DNA of 64,000 bases from positions 53,010,001-53,074,000 of the forward strand of contig OZ024749.1 of assembly GCA_964016885.1 (NCBI GenBank). Direction: 5' to 3'. Positions 12,845 to 27,260 of the stretch are shown piece by piece (within the stretch, counting starts at the first letter, position 1; every line of letters begins with the position of its first letter). The notes below the pieces were generated by a model that was not told the origin of the DNA, did not search any database, and saw nothing but the letters and a program-made list of their open reading frames with translations. Both the position numbers and the translations under genes were made by a program. Origin of the DNA: Eledone cirrhosa. Lineage: Eukaryota.

Positions 12845-15225
12845 ACCCCTGAACTAGACTGTGGTAGAGAGGAAGTGAGGGAGATAGAGAGAAAGTATCT
12901 ACCCCAGTACTGGACTGTGGTAGAGAGGAAGTGAGGGAGATAGAGAGGAAGAATCTACCCCAGTACTTGACTGTGGTAGAGAGGAAGTGAGGGAGATAGA
13001 GAGAAAGTATCTACCCCAGTACTGGACTGTGGTAGAGAGGAAGTGAGGGAGATAGAGAGAAAGAATCTACCCCAGTACTGGACTGTGGTAGAGAGGAAGT
13101 GAGGGAGATAGAGAGAAAGTATCTACCCCAGTACTGGACTGTGGTAGAGAGGAAGTGAGGGAGATAGAGAGAAAGAATCTACCCCAGTACTGGACTGTGG
13201 TAGAGAGGAAGTGAGGGAGATAGAGAGAAAGTATCTACCCCTGAACTAGACTGTGGTAGAGAGGAAGTGAGGGAGATAGAGAGAAAGAATCTACCCCAGT
13301 ACTTGACTGTGGTGGAGAGGAAGTGAGGGAGATAGAGAGAAAGTATCTACCCCAGTACTGGACTGTGGTAGAGAGGAAGTGAGGGAGATAGAGAGAAAGA
13401 ATCTACCCCAGTACTGGACTGTGGTAGAGAGGAAGTGAGGGAGATAGAGAGAAAGTATCTACCCCTGAACTAGACTGTGGTAGAGAGGAAGTGAGGGAGA
13501 TAGAGAGAAAGAATCTACCCCAGTACTGGACTGTGGTAGAGAGGAAGTGAGGGAGATAGAGAGAAAGAATCTACCCCAGTACTGGACTGTGGTAGAGAGG
13601 AAGTGAGGGAGATAGAGAGAAAGAATCTACCCCAGTACTGGACTGTGGTAGAGAGGAAGTGAGGGAGATAGAGAGAAAGAATCTACCCCAGTACTGGACT
13701 GTGGTAGAGAGGAAGTGAGGGAGATAGAGAGAAAGAATCTACCCCAGTACTGGACTGTGGTAGAGAGGAAGTGAGGGAGATAGAGAGAAAGTATCTACCC
13801 CAGTACTGGACTGTGGTAGAGAGGAAGTGAGGGAGATAGAGAGAAAGAATCTACCCCAGTACTTGACTGTGGTAGAGAGGAAGTGAGGGAGATAGAGAGA
13901 AAGAATCTACCCCAGTACTGGACTGTGGTAGAGAGGAAGTGAGGGAGATAGAGAGAAAGAATCTACCCCAGTACTTGACTGTGGTGGAGAGGAAGTGAGG
14001 GAGATAGAGAGAAAGAATCTACCCCAGTACTGGACTGTGGTAGAGAGGAAGTGAGGGAGATAGAGAGAAAGTATCTACCCCAGTACTTGACTGTGGTAGA
14101 GAGGAAGTGAGGGAGATAGAGAGAAAGAATCTACCCCAGTACTGGACTGTGGTAGAGAGGAAGTGAGGGAGATAGAGAGAAAGTATCTACCCCAGTACTT
14201 GACTGTGGTAGAGAGGAAGTGAGGGAGATAGAGAGAAAGAATCTACCCCAGTACTGGACTGTGGTAGAGAGGAAGTGAGGGAGATAGAGAGAAAGTATCT
14301 ACCCCAGTACTTGACTGTGGTAGAGAGGAAGTGAGGGAGATAGAGAGAAAGTATCTACCCCAGTACTTGACTGTGGTAGAGAGGAAGTGAGGGAGATAGA
14401 GAGAAAGAATCTACCCCAGTACTGGACTGTGGTAGAGAGGAAGTGAGGGAGATAGAGAGAAAGTATCTACCCCAGTACTTGACTGTGGTAGAGAGGAAGT
14501 GAGGGAGATAGAGAGAAAGAATCTACCCCAGTACTGGACTGTGGTAGAGAGGAAGTGAGGGAGATAGAGAGGAAGAATCTACCCCAGTACTTGACTGTGG
14601 TAGAGAGGAAGTGAGGGAGATAGAGAGAAAGTATCTACCCCAGTACTTGACTGTGGTAGAGAGGAAGTGAGGGAGATAGAGAGAAAGAATCTACCCCAGT
14701 ACTTGACTGTGGTAGAGAGGAAGTGAGGGAGATAGAGAGAAAGAATCTACCCCAGTACTGGACTGTGGTAGAGAGGAAGTGAGGGAGATAGAGAGGAAGA
14801 ATCTACCCCAGTACTTGACTGTGGTAGAGAGGAAGTGAGGGAGATAGAGAGAAAGAATCTACCCCAGTACTGGACTGTGGTAGAGAGGAAGTGAGGGAGA
14901 TAGAGAGGAAGAATCTACCCCAGTACTGGACTGTGGTAGAGAGGAAGTGAGGGAGATAGAGAGAAAGTATCTACCCCAGTACTTGACTGTGGTAGAGAGG
15001 AAGTGAGGGAGATAGAGAGAAAGAATCTACCCCAGTACTGGACTGTGGTAGAGAGGAAGTGAGGGAGATAGAGAGGAAGAATCTACCCCAGTACTTGACT
15101 GTGGTAGAGAGGAAGTGAGGGAGATAGAGAGAAAGTATCTACCCCAGTACTGGACTGTGGTAGAGAGGAAGTGAGGGAGATAGAGAGAAAGAATCTACCC
15201 CAGTACTTGACTGTGGTGGAGAGGA
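12845..15225. repeat. 56-bp minisatellite, about 42 copies, in an Scm intron
   Basis: Unit ctaccccagtact(g/t)gactgtggtagagaggaagtgagggagatagagagaaag(a/t)at, period 56 (12901->12957). Confidence 0.97.
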
Positions 15226-15250
15226 CTAGAAACGGTAGATTAAAGTTTAC

Positions 15251-15451
15251 CTGTAACAATAATTTTACTAGTTCCATCCTTCAAAAGATTGAAGACCGTT
15301 TGTTCATGGTTTCCACATTCAATACAACCCTGAGCTACTTCTCGTAACACTCTATGTAACGTACCAGGTCCGTAATGTAAAGGAAGCTGCTGAACCTTAC
15401 GTGGATTCAAATAATTTCCCGGATTACACGAACGGTTGATATAGACACATA
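15251..15451 (-). CDS. Scm: Scm-like exon (SLED/DUF3588 N-terminal part)
   Basis: tgtag|VCVYINRSCNPGNYLNPRKVQQLPLHYGPGTLHRVLREVAQGCIECG...IIVT|gtaaac, 201 nt. Confidence 0.93.
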
Positions 15452-16059
15452 CTACAATAAATAAAACAAACAAACAATCAAATGACAGTTTAGAAAAAAA
15501 AACAAACCTCAAAAACTTTACAAAGCGACTTCATATATTTAAAAATTAAAATGAGAATATGTTCTTAGTAAAGTAAATACATTTTTCAATTAAAATTATA
15601 TTTTATTTAAAAATATTTTATTATTTAATTTTACCGGAATATAAAATAAATACAATTTTTTCTTTGGCATTCTTGTCAGAGTTTAAGAATAACATTGACG
15701 TACGATGACTGATGAGAGAAATAGAAGAACATTTTAAGTTTAAGGAGACATTAAAAATTAACTAAACAATAGCAAAATAATCACACACATTATGTAATCA
15801 ATAAATTATATATAATGATTGATTTTGGAACAGTAAAATAATTACACATGTTTTATAATCAATAAATTAGATATATAACGATTGATTTTAAAATAGAAAA
15901 CAAATCTTGATGAAGAATTTAATAATCTAAGCCAGAAAAAAAAGACAAAATTAAATTAGGTTTTTATGGAAAACACAGAGAGAGGGGGATAGAGAGAGAG
16001 AGGGGGATAGAGAGAGAGGGGGATAGAGAGAGAGGGAGAGAGAGAGGGAGAGAGGGGGA

Positions 16060-16091
<32 letters not shown>

Positions 16092-16463
16092 ATCAATTAC
16101 ACTATTTTGATAACATGAACTAAAAACTCAAATTTGGAATTTCTTGAGCATACAAAAATTAACTTTTTGAAAAGTGTTACAGATTAAATCTGCTTGTTGT
16201 TGCTGTTGATGTTGTTCAATATTCAAAGACTTATTAAATAAATGTTAATTAAGGTGTGAAAATTATATTTGAAGGAGGAGTTAGAAATTACTTGTCATTT
16301 ACATCAGTGAAAAACATATGAGGTGGATCAATGTGGGTGGTGTGGGTGGTTATGGAGAAACAAGGAACAGCTTTACAGACAGAGTCCAATTGGAATATTA
16401 TGGTCTTTAAATCCAATGATTGAAGTGTCAACAGGTGCTAAGAACTGAAGAGGATTTACTGAC

Positions 16464-16694
16464 CTGTGGTGCTGCTATGTGTAGAGCTTGTATCTGGTTC
16501 TGTAACCATGACTACCGGGGAATGGGCTTCTCGTGGGGAGATCTGTCGGTCAGGACTGGAGGGACTGGCGACAGATGAGCGCGACTGCCCCCCACTGCCA
16601 GGGCCTGTGGCTGGGGTGGTCACTTGATTGGCCGGCAGGTTCAGCACCATGGCCTGGTGCTTTATCACCTTGTTCAGTTTGTACTGCGACGTGC
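16464..16694 (-). CDS. Scm: Scm-like exon (Ser/Pro-rich linker)
   Basis: catag|GTSQYKLNKVIKHQAMVLNLPANQVTTPATGPGSGG...SSTT|gtcagt, 231 nt, GC-rich, symmetric phase 1. Confidence 0.88.
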
Positions 16695-17809
16695 CTATGA
16701 GTCAGAAATGATCAACCAGGGTGAGCAACTCGGCACATGACTAACAATTATTATCAGGTTTTTTTATTTATTTATTTTAATGAAAGTTTTTTTTTTGTTT
16801 TTAAATAAACTGTTTTCAAAGGACCTGGCACATTTCTATATTGACTATATGCTACCAATAACTGCAGCATTACAGAGATTAGAGAGAGAGAGAGAGAGAT
16901 AGACAGAGAGATTAAAAGCACTATTACAGAGATTATCAATGATTTAAAGGAAATCTACAAGTTTACAAATAGAAATGACTTCAGCTTAAAACAAAGGAAT
17001 TATAATAAAACTAGGTTGGGTTGTTATATCTTAAATTGGCAGAAAACTACTTACAAACGTTCATTGTTTACACTTTTGTTATAACTTAATATTAGAAAAT
17101 ACATCAGAATTAAATCAGATTTTATATAATTTATGTAAATTTACAGTTTAATGGCCTTTTTTAAATTTTATTTCTATTTAAATATTTTTGAAATGGTTAT
17201 CACAAAAAGTCTTAAAATAAGGCAAAATCTAAAACTCAAAAGAATATATTCACTCAAAGAATTCAACAAACAAATTGAAAATAAAATAATTTTGGGAGTT
17301 ATGAAGTTATATTATTTGTTTTTTTGCACAAGGTTAATAATACAATTATAAAAAAAAAAAAAATAAAAAATAAAAAAAAGAAACAGGATTATTCATAAGA
17401 AAATCTTAAATAATTGTGCGTGGAATTTCTGTATAAGAGTCTATGTGATATGTATTCTAAGAGGATCCAAAGATCTTGAAAGAATGGAGGAGGGGAATAT
17501 ATTTCTTAATTGTTGTAAAGCTATTGATGTGTAATTTGTTTCATTGTGAGGTAAAAATCGAGAAAAAGGGGTCAGAAGAAGAAGAAGAAATCCTCAAGTA
17601 TATAAATAGATGCCAGGATATATCTCAAACACATCATCAACTGAGAGATGATAGTGAGAAAAAGAAAATATGGTTTTTAGGGACCAGCTAAAGTTGCAGA
17701 CCGACAGAAACATATTAACATACAAGAATACCTCTTAAATGGTAATCTTGTATTTAAGCCTAAAGGAGGACTTAATAGACTTAGTATGGCATCATGTATG
17801 TGAGGTAAG

Positions 17810-17853
<44 letters not shown>

Positions 17854-18180
17854 GGGGAAGGGGTAATTAGAAGGTTACTATCATGTATATATAAACTCAG
17901 GTCTGAAGGCTGTAATGATAGGACTGAGAAAAGATAAAAAAAAGATCTCTAGACTTTATTTAACCTTCTCATGTCTGACAGCCATAAACCACTGCATTTT
18001 TACTCGTGTCTTATTCATAGCAATATCAAGTTTTTAGCTGTTTTATTTAAATTGGTTCAAATTCCTTTTAAAGAAAGACAACATTTTTTTCAAAAACACT
18101 TCTCTTATTTATTTTGCTTGTTTTTATAAAATTATTGAAAATAAAGCAAACAAGACTTGCTAAGTGGGTAAATAATACAA

Positions 18181-18540
18181 ATGATTTCTAGTGTAGGCAC
18201 AAGGCCAGTAATTTGGGGGGAGGGGAAAGTTGATTAAATTGACCCCAGTGCATTACTGGTTCTTTATTTTACCAACCCCGAAAGGATGAAAGGCAAAGCT
18301 AACCCCGACAGGATTTGAACTCAGAAAGTAAAAAGCCATAACACTATGCTGCAAAGCATGGTGTCCGACACTCTACTGATTCTGCCAATCCACATAATGG
18401 TTTCTGATTTAGGCACAAGACCAATAATTTCTTGGGGAAAGGGAAAGTTGATTAATTTGACCCAAGTGTGTGACTGGTACTTTATTTTATCGACCCTGTA
18501 AGGATGAAAGGTGAACCTAACCTCGGCAGGATTTGAACTC
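18181..18540 (-). mobile_element. two tandem family-1 SINEs
   Basis: Core and B box occur twice. Confidence 0.75.
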
Positions 18541-19252
18541 AAATAATAATAATAACGATTAAGTTATTGAAAATCTGAACCAATTTCAATAAAATCAGTT
18601 ATGTTGTTAATACTGTTTTAGTTAGTAGTAAGAAAATAAGAGGAAATATGGATCACTGGCAACTCTAAACATGAAATGGTTAAAACAATGATATGTTTTT
18701 TTTTTTCTTTGTCTGTGTATCAAAATGTATATATATATGTGTGTGTATATATATATATAAATGATCCAATGGAGCAATTTGAAAGAGGGTAAGTACTGTA
18801 AATAACAGGTAATTAACTCCAGCATGCTCAAGAAGTCCAAAGCTAGACTAAAATCTAACATATTTAACACAGCTTGTAGAAAGAAAAAAAAATATTAAAA
18901 AAATATTTTAAAAAAAATTTTGAAAAAAAAAAAAAAAAGAAAAAAAATTAGGGTTAACTGAAAACAAATATGGTGCTAAAGTAAGTAAATTGATTTTTCA
19001 CACCTTCCAAAGTTACATGTAACTTATTTTAGATAGTTTATAAACGAAATCTGATCAGGCATGCGTTGTATAAAGTGCATAAACAACCATATAAATAAGG
19101 AAAATAATAATAAATATTTTGCTACATAAGACCAAGACAGATATGACAGAAGGTTTCAAAACTGACACAAGGAATATTAGTATTGTGAGAAGAGAAAAAA
19201 AAAGACAAGAATCAGATTAACAATACAGAAAATTGTATTTTTTTAGTCAATG

Positions 19253-19283
<31 letters not shown>

Positions 19284-20025
19284 TGAACTACGGATGAGAG
19301 GTTAAGGGTTAAATAGCTACAAAAATTTACTGTAAGTTTTAAATGTTTTAGTTTTTAATATATAAATATTTCTCTCTCTCTCTGTATATATATATTCTTT
19401 TGTAATGAGTTTTGCTCTCAAAATTAAGAACTGTTAGTAGTTAAATCCTGTCTCGTTACATTCTCTAAGTGCCAGGCCTTTGTTAAAAATTGTAAAAAAA
19501 AAAAAAATAAAAAAAAAATAAAAAAGAATTTAAGAAAAAAAAAAGAAATCACACACACATACACACACAATCATATACAATTTGCATAGCATTTAAAAAG
19601 GATGAAATGAATTTAATGTAAGATAATATAGATAGATAGATAAATAGATATTAAAAAAAATTTTTTTTTTTTAAATTCTGACCATTTGTTTTAATACAAA
19701 ACAGGTGGACATTAACAGATTTAGATTTAGAAATGTTTTAAATTTCAATAAAAATGGAAAAAAAAAATGTGAGGCATTAAGAGGAGTTAATTTTAATGTA
19801 GTTTAAATAAATTAGAGAAAGATTGTTAATTTTAATGTAGTTTGAATAAATTAGAGAAAAAAATGTTAATTTTAATGTAGTTTAAATTACAGAAAATCTA
19901 AATTTTACTGTAGTTTAAATTATAGAGCATGTTAATTTTACTTGCAGTTTTTAAGATCTATTTAAAAAAAAAAGTCTTAATTTGTATTGTACGATGAAGT
20001 GGTTTAATGAAGAGTATCACTCAAA

Positions 20026-20211
20026 ATAATTGTTTCTACTTTAGGCACAAGGCCAGCAATTATCCAGTGCATTACTGGTACTTTATTTTATCGACCCCGT
20101 AAGGATGAAAGGCAAAGTCAACCTCGGCGGGATTTGAACTCAGATCGTAAAGGGACGTAACTATGCTGGAAAGCATGGCGTCCGACCCTCTACCGATACT
20201 GCCAATCCACC
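20026..20211 (-). mobile_element. tRNA-derived SINE, family 1 (near full-length)
   Basis: A box, B box, core and tail intact. Confidence 0.85.
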
Positions 20212-21594
20212 AGTTTAGAAAAGGATTTTTTAAATGTTTGTTAAATTTAAATATATATTTCTCTTTTTATTATTAGATCAAAACATTCATCCCCACTTTC
20301 AGTTAAATATCATATTTATGAAATTTAAAGATTATTTTAAAGAGATTTCTTTTTCTCTCTTTTTAATCAATCATTACTGAATTTAAAACAAATTGATATT
20401 ATACAGGTGAATTTTCAATCAATTTGCATAATTTGAATTATTTATAAACTATTTTATTAGCCATTTAGATTTAAAAAAAATAAAATCCCACTAACAGCAA
20501 GTAAAAAAAATATTAGTTTCCGTTGAAATAGAGAGAAAAAATATTTGATATATGTTAAGTCGGAAAAAGAGGGACAAATGGTGTAAAATGGTAATAAAAT
20601 AGATTAGCAGATCATTTGAAAATAATAAAACAGAGAACTTAAAGAAGATAACAATACTATGCCTCAATTCTGACTACTTACTGAAAGTAACAGGTGTTTG
20701 TTACCAAAGCTTTTGATAGTATTGGCATTAAAATTCTTAATCTCACCACTGAAGAAATTTACAGGTTATTTGGCATATATTAAATATAAATTAGGGAAAA
20801 ATTTATTTAACTTATTAAATTATAAAGCTATGATACATTGATTGTTCACAGATTTTAATTTTTGATAAGGAATATGTTAAAAATTTATTGATTAAATCAC
20901 TTAACTATTTTTTATTGTATTTTTTTTTTAGATAACTTTAATCAAATCAGTTAGATAGAGAATCAACACTTTTCCTCTAACAATATATTCAAATTAATTA
21001 GAATTCAACTTAAATCAGTTGTTAGTGTCTTCATCTTGATTTTACTTTATAATCCAAAAGTGTTTAGTTTAATTTTTAAAGTATGTGAAAATAAAATTTA
21101 ACTTACTAGATTACAAATTTGATAATCGTGTGTGCAGGTACATCGATGTGTATTTACAGGTGTTTAGTTTTGCTTTCTTTTACAATTAAAAAAATTGGGA
21201 GGAGAGCATCCCACTTAGGGAAGGACCTCTGTGAAGAGGATTGGCTATTGTAGCGCTTGTTCTTGGCTGTTCTCCACAGAAATGCTTTCGACATTTTCGT
21301 CTGTAAGTCACAACAAAAAACCCCCCAGTCCACCCTGCTAGATGGTCGTTTTGGTGCTATGATAGAAAGCTCCCATTCCACCCTGCTAGATGGTCGTTTT
21401 GGTGCTATGATAGAAAGCACCCAGTCCTCAAACACTCCTTCCAGCAGGTCCTTGATATTTTAAAATCAACAATGTTTTTTCTGTAAAAATTTATCAATCT
21501 GCTATGTAGACATGTTATGTCTATCTGTTAGAAATTAACATTCAGTTAAAGATGAGAATAGAATGGTTAGATTATAGTAAATTAGGTTCCTAAT

Positions 21595-22085
21595 AGTTTA
21601 TATTAGACCTATACTGTACTATTGTGTAGTTCAGTTTATATTAGACCTATACTGTACTATTGTGTAGTTCACAGTTTATATTAGATCTATACTGTACTAT
21701 TGTGTAGTTCAGTTTATATTAGACCTATACTGTACTATTGTGTAGTTCAGTTTATATTAGACCTACTACTGTACTATTGTGTAGTTCAGTTTATATTAGA
21801 CCTACTACTGTACTATTGTGTAGTTCAGTTTATATTAGATCTATACTGTACTATTGTGTAGTTAACAGTTTATATTAGACCTACTACTATACTATTGTGT
21901 AGTTAACAGTTTATATTAGACCTATACTGTACTATTGTGTAGTTCACAGTTTATATTAGACCTATACTGTACTATTGTGTAGTTCACAGTTTATATTAGA
22001 CCTATACTGTACTATTGTGTAGTTCACAGTTTATATTAGACCTATACTGTACTATTGTGTAGTTCACAGTTTATATTAGACTCAT
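21595..22085. repeat. ~38-41-bp minisatellite, about 12 copies
   Basis: Unit agtttatattagacctatactgtactattgtgtagttc(ac). Confidence 0.93.
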
Positions 22086-22138
22086 ACTGCACAATTGCGC
22101 AATTAACGGTTTGTATGCAATTTGGTTTAATCAACTCA

Positions 22139-22483
<345 letters not shown>

Positions 22484-22517
22484 CTAAAAAATTTTAATAA
22501 TAATAATAATAACAACA

Positions 22518-22868
22518 ATGGTTTCTTATATAGGCACAAGGCCAGCAATTTTTTGGGGAAAGGAAAGTCAATCAAATCGACCCCAGTGCGTGACTGGTAC
22601 TTTATTTTATCGACCCCCGTAAGCATGAAAGGCAATATAATAATAATAATGATTTCTACTATAGGCAAGAAAGCAAGCAATTTTGGGGGGAGGGGAAAGT
22701 CAATTAAATCGACCCCAGTACAATACTGGTACTTTATTTTATCGACCTCGTCAGGATGAAAGGCAAAGTTAACCTGGGCAGTATTTGAACTCAGAACATA
22801 AAGGGCTATAACTCTATGCTTGCAAAGCCTAGTGTCCGATGCTCTACAAATACTACCAATCTGCCACC
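22518..22868 (-). mobile_element. two family-1 SINE copies
   Basis: Core and tail similarity. Confidence 0.75.
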
Positions 22869-23219
22869 CTAATAATAATAACATTTTAACAAGATATAAA
22901 TTCATTTATGGTGGATTAGATTTATTTTCATATATTGTGTGAAGATGACTTAGACTGGGTTTATATATTTTGAGAGGTAGATAGACAGAAAGTTATGACG
23001 TCACCCTCATCTAGAGAGAGAGAGAGAGGAAACATTAAGCGAAATAGATGTACATAAAGTGAGAGAAGGAATGTCATTTGTTAAGAGAGAGAATGTGTGT
23101 ATGTGTGTGAGACAGAAAGAGAGAGAATGTGTGTGCATGTGAGACAAAGTGAGAGAGAGAAAGAGAAAAGGGGGAAGAGGTCGCCTTCACCTAGTAGTAA
23201 TAATAATAATAATAATAAT

Positions 23220-23259
<40 letters not shown>

Positions 23260-23264
23260 CCTAC

Positions 23265-23353
23265 TGGTTTGAAACATTTTTCTGGGGCAATTTCAGCCCC
23301 ATTTAAAGTTTTCTGTAAAAATATTGGCCAGGATGATGCATTCATCCGAAAAC
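23265..23353 (-). CDS. Scm: Scm-like exon (MBT1-MBT2 junction)
   Basis: acag|GFRMNASSWPIFLQKTLNGAEIAPEKCFKP|gtaggt, matching the conserved GFR.NASSWP motif. Confidence 0.95.
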
Positions 23354-23464
23354 CTGTTTTAAGAGAAATAAAAATAAACGAAAATAATAATAATAATAAA
23401 AAAAAAGAATGGAGTTATTAAACAAACAGATTTTAGTCACAATATTACAGACTTTCACTGTTGG

Positions 23465-23850
23465 CAACAACCATGTAGCTGTCATTTCTCCCTTCACCAT
23501 ACTCTCAGCTCTCCTCACAAACATGTAGCACTCATTTCTCCCTTCATACTTTCAATGTTGGCAACAAGCATGTGGCTCTCATCTTCCCTCACAAACATGT
23601 GGCTGTCACTGCTCCCTCCATCATACTCTCACCCTGCTCCCCTCAAAACCATGTAGCTACCAGTGCTCCATTCATCATACTCTCACCCTACTCCCCTCAA
23701 AACCATGTAGCTACCAGTGCTCCATCCATCATACTCTCACCCTGCTCCCCCCCCCCCCCCCCCCCCACAACCATGTAGCTGACATTGCTCCCTCCATCAT
23801 ACTCTCACCCTGTCCTTCACAAAGATGTAGCTACCAGTGCTCTCTCCATC
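23465..23850. repeat. degenerate ~54-bp tandem repeat
   Basis: Recurring accatgtagct...catcatactctcaccc. Confidence 0.7.
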
Positions 23851-23884
23851 ATATCGTCTTGGTCAAGTGATGACTGAAACATTA

Positions 23885-24193
<309 letters not shown>

Positions 24194-24736
24194 CTAAAGA
24201 TTAAAGAAGAATAAAAAGAAAAAAATACATTTGTCTTGAAACACAAATAATAAATATGACAAATTAAATTAAACTGTTGAAATATATTTCAATTTTTACC
24301 ATTCCAAGCTAGAATTTATTATAAAAATAATGGTTTCAGATTTAAGCACAAGGCCAACAATTTGGGGATAGAAGAAAGTCGATTAAATCAACTCCAGTGC
24401 ATTACTGGTACTTTATTTTATTGACCCCATAAGGATGAAAGGCAAAGCTAACCACAGTGGGATTTTAACTCAGATGCACACCATCTCAGATTCCCCTTAA
24501 ACCCAGCTTCTCTCCCAGTTCATCCAAACTCTGCCTTTCTCTCACATTTACGTTGCACATCCAATGAAGCATTGTTGCTTCATTTCTCTCCAGTCTACAC
24601 ACGTCTTCTGCAGTCACAGCCCATGTTTCACTACCATGCAGCATCACACACATATATATCTATATATATCGTAATACAAAAATAGAGATAGAAAGAAGAA
24701 ATAAAGACTTAAAAGACATTGGTAATATTTTCTTAC

Positions 24737-24807
24737 CTGTTTAAAACAAGATGCAGGAGCTGCTTGAGAACTAGTCTCTTTCATGTAATCTTCCCAATTG
24801 AATGTCC
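24737..24807 (-). CDS. Scm: Scm-like exon (MBT1 N-terminal arm)
   Basis: tctag|GTFNWEDYMKETSSQAAPASCFKQ|gtaaga. Confidence 0.93.
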
Positions 24808-25299
24808 CTAGAAATTACAAGAAAGAAAAAGTATTTACTGACCATATTTACATCAATACATCAAGCTCTCATGTAATTTCTGCAAACAACAGTTATATCA
24901 TATGGAAGGTGTAGGCCCCCTTTGGTCACGAATGACCATGGGATTAGCTTATATTATTTGAGTATATACGGTATCTGTTGGAAAAAAGTCAAAAGCCTGC
25001 AAGAGGAATATTCCTCTGAATTCATCCAATCTATATAAAATGGGGGAGGGAGGAAAGAGGGAAAATCTTTGATTGCAAAAAACAATGGTGAGAATGATTT
25101 TTCTAATTTTGACACAAGGCCAACAATTTGGGGAAGAAGAAAATTGATTATAACAACCCTGGAAAGATGAAAGGCAAAGTTGACCTCGGTGGGATTTGAA
25201 CTTAGAATGTAAAAAAAAATGAAAAAAATACTTCCTGGGGAGGGAGCTCGAACAATTCTGCCAGTCCAGCATCTTTGAGAATGTCAACATAAAATTCTA

Positions 25300-25600
25300 G
25301 GAAAGCTTGGGATGAGTTCCAAAGTCTGGCAGTTTGAGGAAAAAAGCTACGACTGTAGAAAGACTTCCTTATTTGTGGAACTACAACAGAATCCTTTACT
25401 TTAGACTTAAAAAATTTCAGGTCATAAGAAGGAGGGGGACATCAATGAGATGGAAAAGAGAGTTCCAAATTCTGGCAGTTTGAGGGAAGAAAAAAAAGCT
25501 ATGACTGTAGAAAAACTTCCTTATTATATCAAAATACTTTGCTTTTTTAAAGACATTCCAACCTCTCCTGTGCACTTGGTGAAGCGTTGAACGAACAGAG
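25300..25600 (-). mobile_element. decayed CR1/L2-type LINE 3' end, partly duplicated
   Basis: Minus strand FYSHSFF..PQTARIWNSL motif occurs twice. Confidence 0.5.
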
Positions 25601-26000
25601 TGAGACACAGAACCGTGGCCTGCCTGGGAGATCAGTAGCTCCGCCTCAGTACTGGCCTGCCTGGGAGATCAGTAGCTCCGCCTCAGTACTGACTTGGTCT
25701 ATGTAGACCTGTCCAACTCTTGCTAGCAAGAAAGTGGACATTGAAATGATGATGGTGATGATGATTGATATAAAATTTAAGGAATGAAACACAGCAATGA
25801 AATACACCAATACTATATATGTGTGCTGGCAATGGATGACAATCCTATCACCAATCACTTGACAGAGTGGACTTGGTACATTTCATCCGACCACCAGCAC
25901 TAGAGAAGAAGCCCCTTTAATTTAATAAATGCGAGTTCAACATAAAATGCATTAAAAACCAAATATGTCAAGATTATGTTTGAAATTGTTTAAAGATTAA

Positions 26001-26188
26001 CCCTTTAGTATTTACATTACTGTATTTACTATTGTATTTTTGTGGTAAAGGTTTTACCTCACATATCGAATTTATGAGATTTTGAGAACAATACTTTAAC
26101 AACAGTATGAGTAGCTGGTTACAGCCGGTTTGAACAGAAAGAGGTGAGAGAATTCTGGCCAGATACGGCCAGTTTAAATGCTAAAGGG
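26001..26188 (+). mobile_element. piggyBac-type TTAA MITE, family A (complete)
   Basis: TTAA|CCCTTTAGTATTTA ... TAAATGCTAAAGGG|TTAA. Confidence 0.85.
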
Positions 26189-27260
26189 TTAATCTTAGAT
26201 GGCGAATCAATAAAATAGAACAATTTAAAAGTGAACAAGTGTGTGTATGTGTATGTTTGTATCCAAGTGTAGTAGCTAAAATAAGATCAGGAAGGAAGAA
26301 GTTCCAAGAACTACTGCCTGGGTTAACAACAAAAGGTCAGCTGTGTGATGCTTGTGTACCAAGTGTGAAGTTCCATGAAATGTAGAGAGGATATGTGGAG
26401 GCTGGAGAGAAATGAAGCTAGCATGCTTTGATGGATAGGCTGAGAGAAAAACTTGGTATAAGAGGAATCAGATATAATGTCCAAGATAGGAGAGAGCACT
26501 GGTATGTACATGTGATGTGGAGGGATCTACTTGCATAGGAAACAGTTGTAATTATGTGATCACCCCTCAGTTGTTGTAACCAGCTCACGGTGGCAGGATT
26601 AGGGTGTGCGAGGCCCATATTCTCAGGTTGGCAGTAATCCAGTCACTCGTACAGTAAATGTTGAGTAGTCTGCTCTGGCGAGCTGCTGATGGATACAAGC
26701 CCCTAACAATGCAGGGTTGCATTCAATAGGCTGCCACGTGTGTAGCCAATTCAAGGACCCTTTCCCCCGAGTGAGGTTAGCACCAGAGGTGGGTGAAGAG
26801 GGTTGGGGTTGACATTCAGTTGGGCCAATCAAGATGTTTGGTTCCAGCTAGCTCCCTATGTCTGAAACATGTTGAAATCTGTGTTTCTGATGAAAAAAAA
26901 GGGCGTTGTGACATCAAGCTTTGTTGTAGTCTTTGCTATGTTCAACTTCAATCTTCAGATCTTGAAATATGTTGCTAGTTGAGCCATGGTTTGTCTGTCT
27001 GTCACTGGTGGTCTTCAGGACAATTAAAATCACCCTGGTTTTACCATATAAAATTCTCCATTTTAAAATATTCATATGAAAATCTTGCCTCAAATTTTTT
27101 TTAAAGAAATTTTTGTTAAGAATGTTCCAAACATCAGCTTAATAATGAAAGAAGTTAATTATTTTATTAAATTCTTCCAAATTTTTTATGATAATCAAAA
27201 TTAATTGAAAATATAGGTAGTGTATTACATTGGAAATAAGGTAATATAAGGAATAGTTAA

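Noticed and set aside
12845-15225. CRISPR-like regular array
   Set aside because: Units are contiguous and near-identical with no unique spacers, and the context is eukaryotic.
20026-20211. tRNA genes suggested by A/B boxes
   Set aside because: No cloverleaf. The boxes belong to multi-copy SINE heads.
26500-26900. GC-richer stretch with short ORFs
   Set aside because: No splice-consistent exon or recognisable protein. Probably a LINE 5' remnant, but it cannot be assigned.
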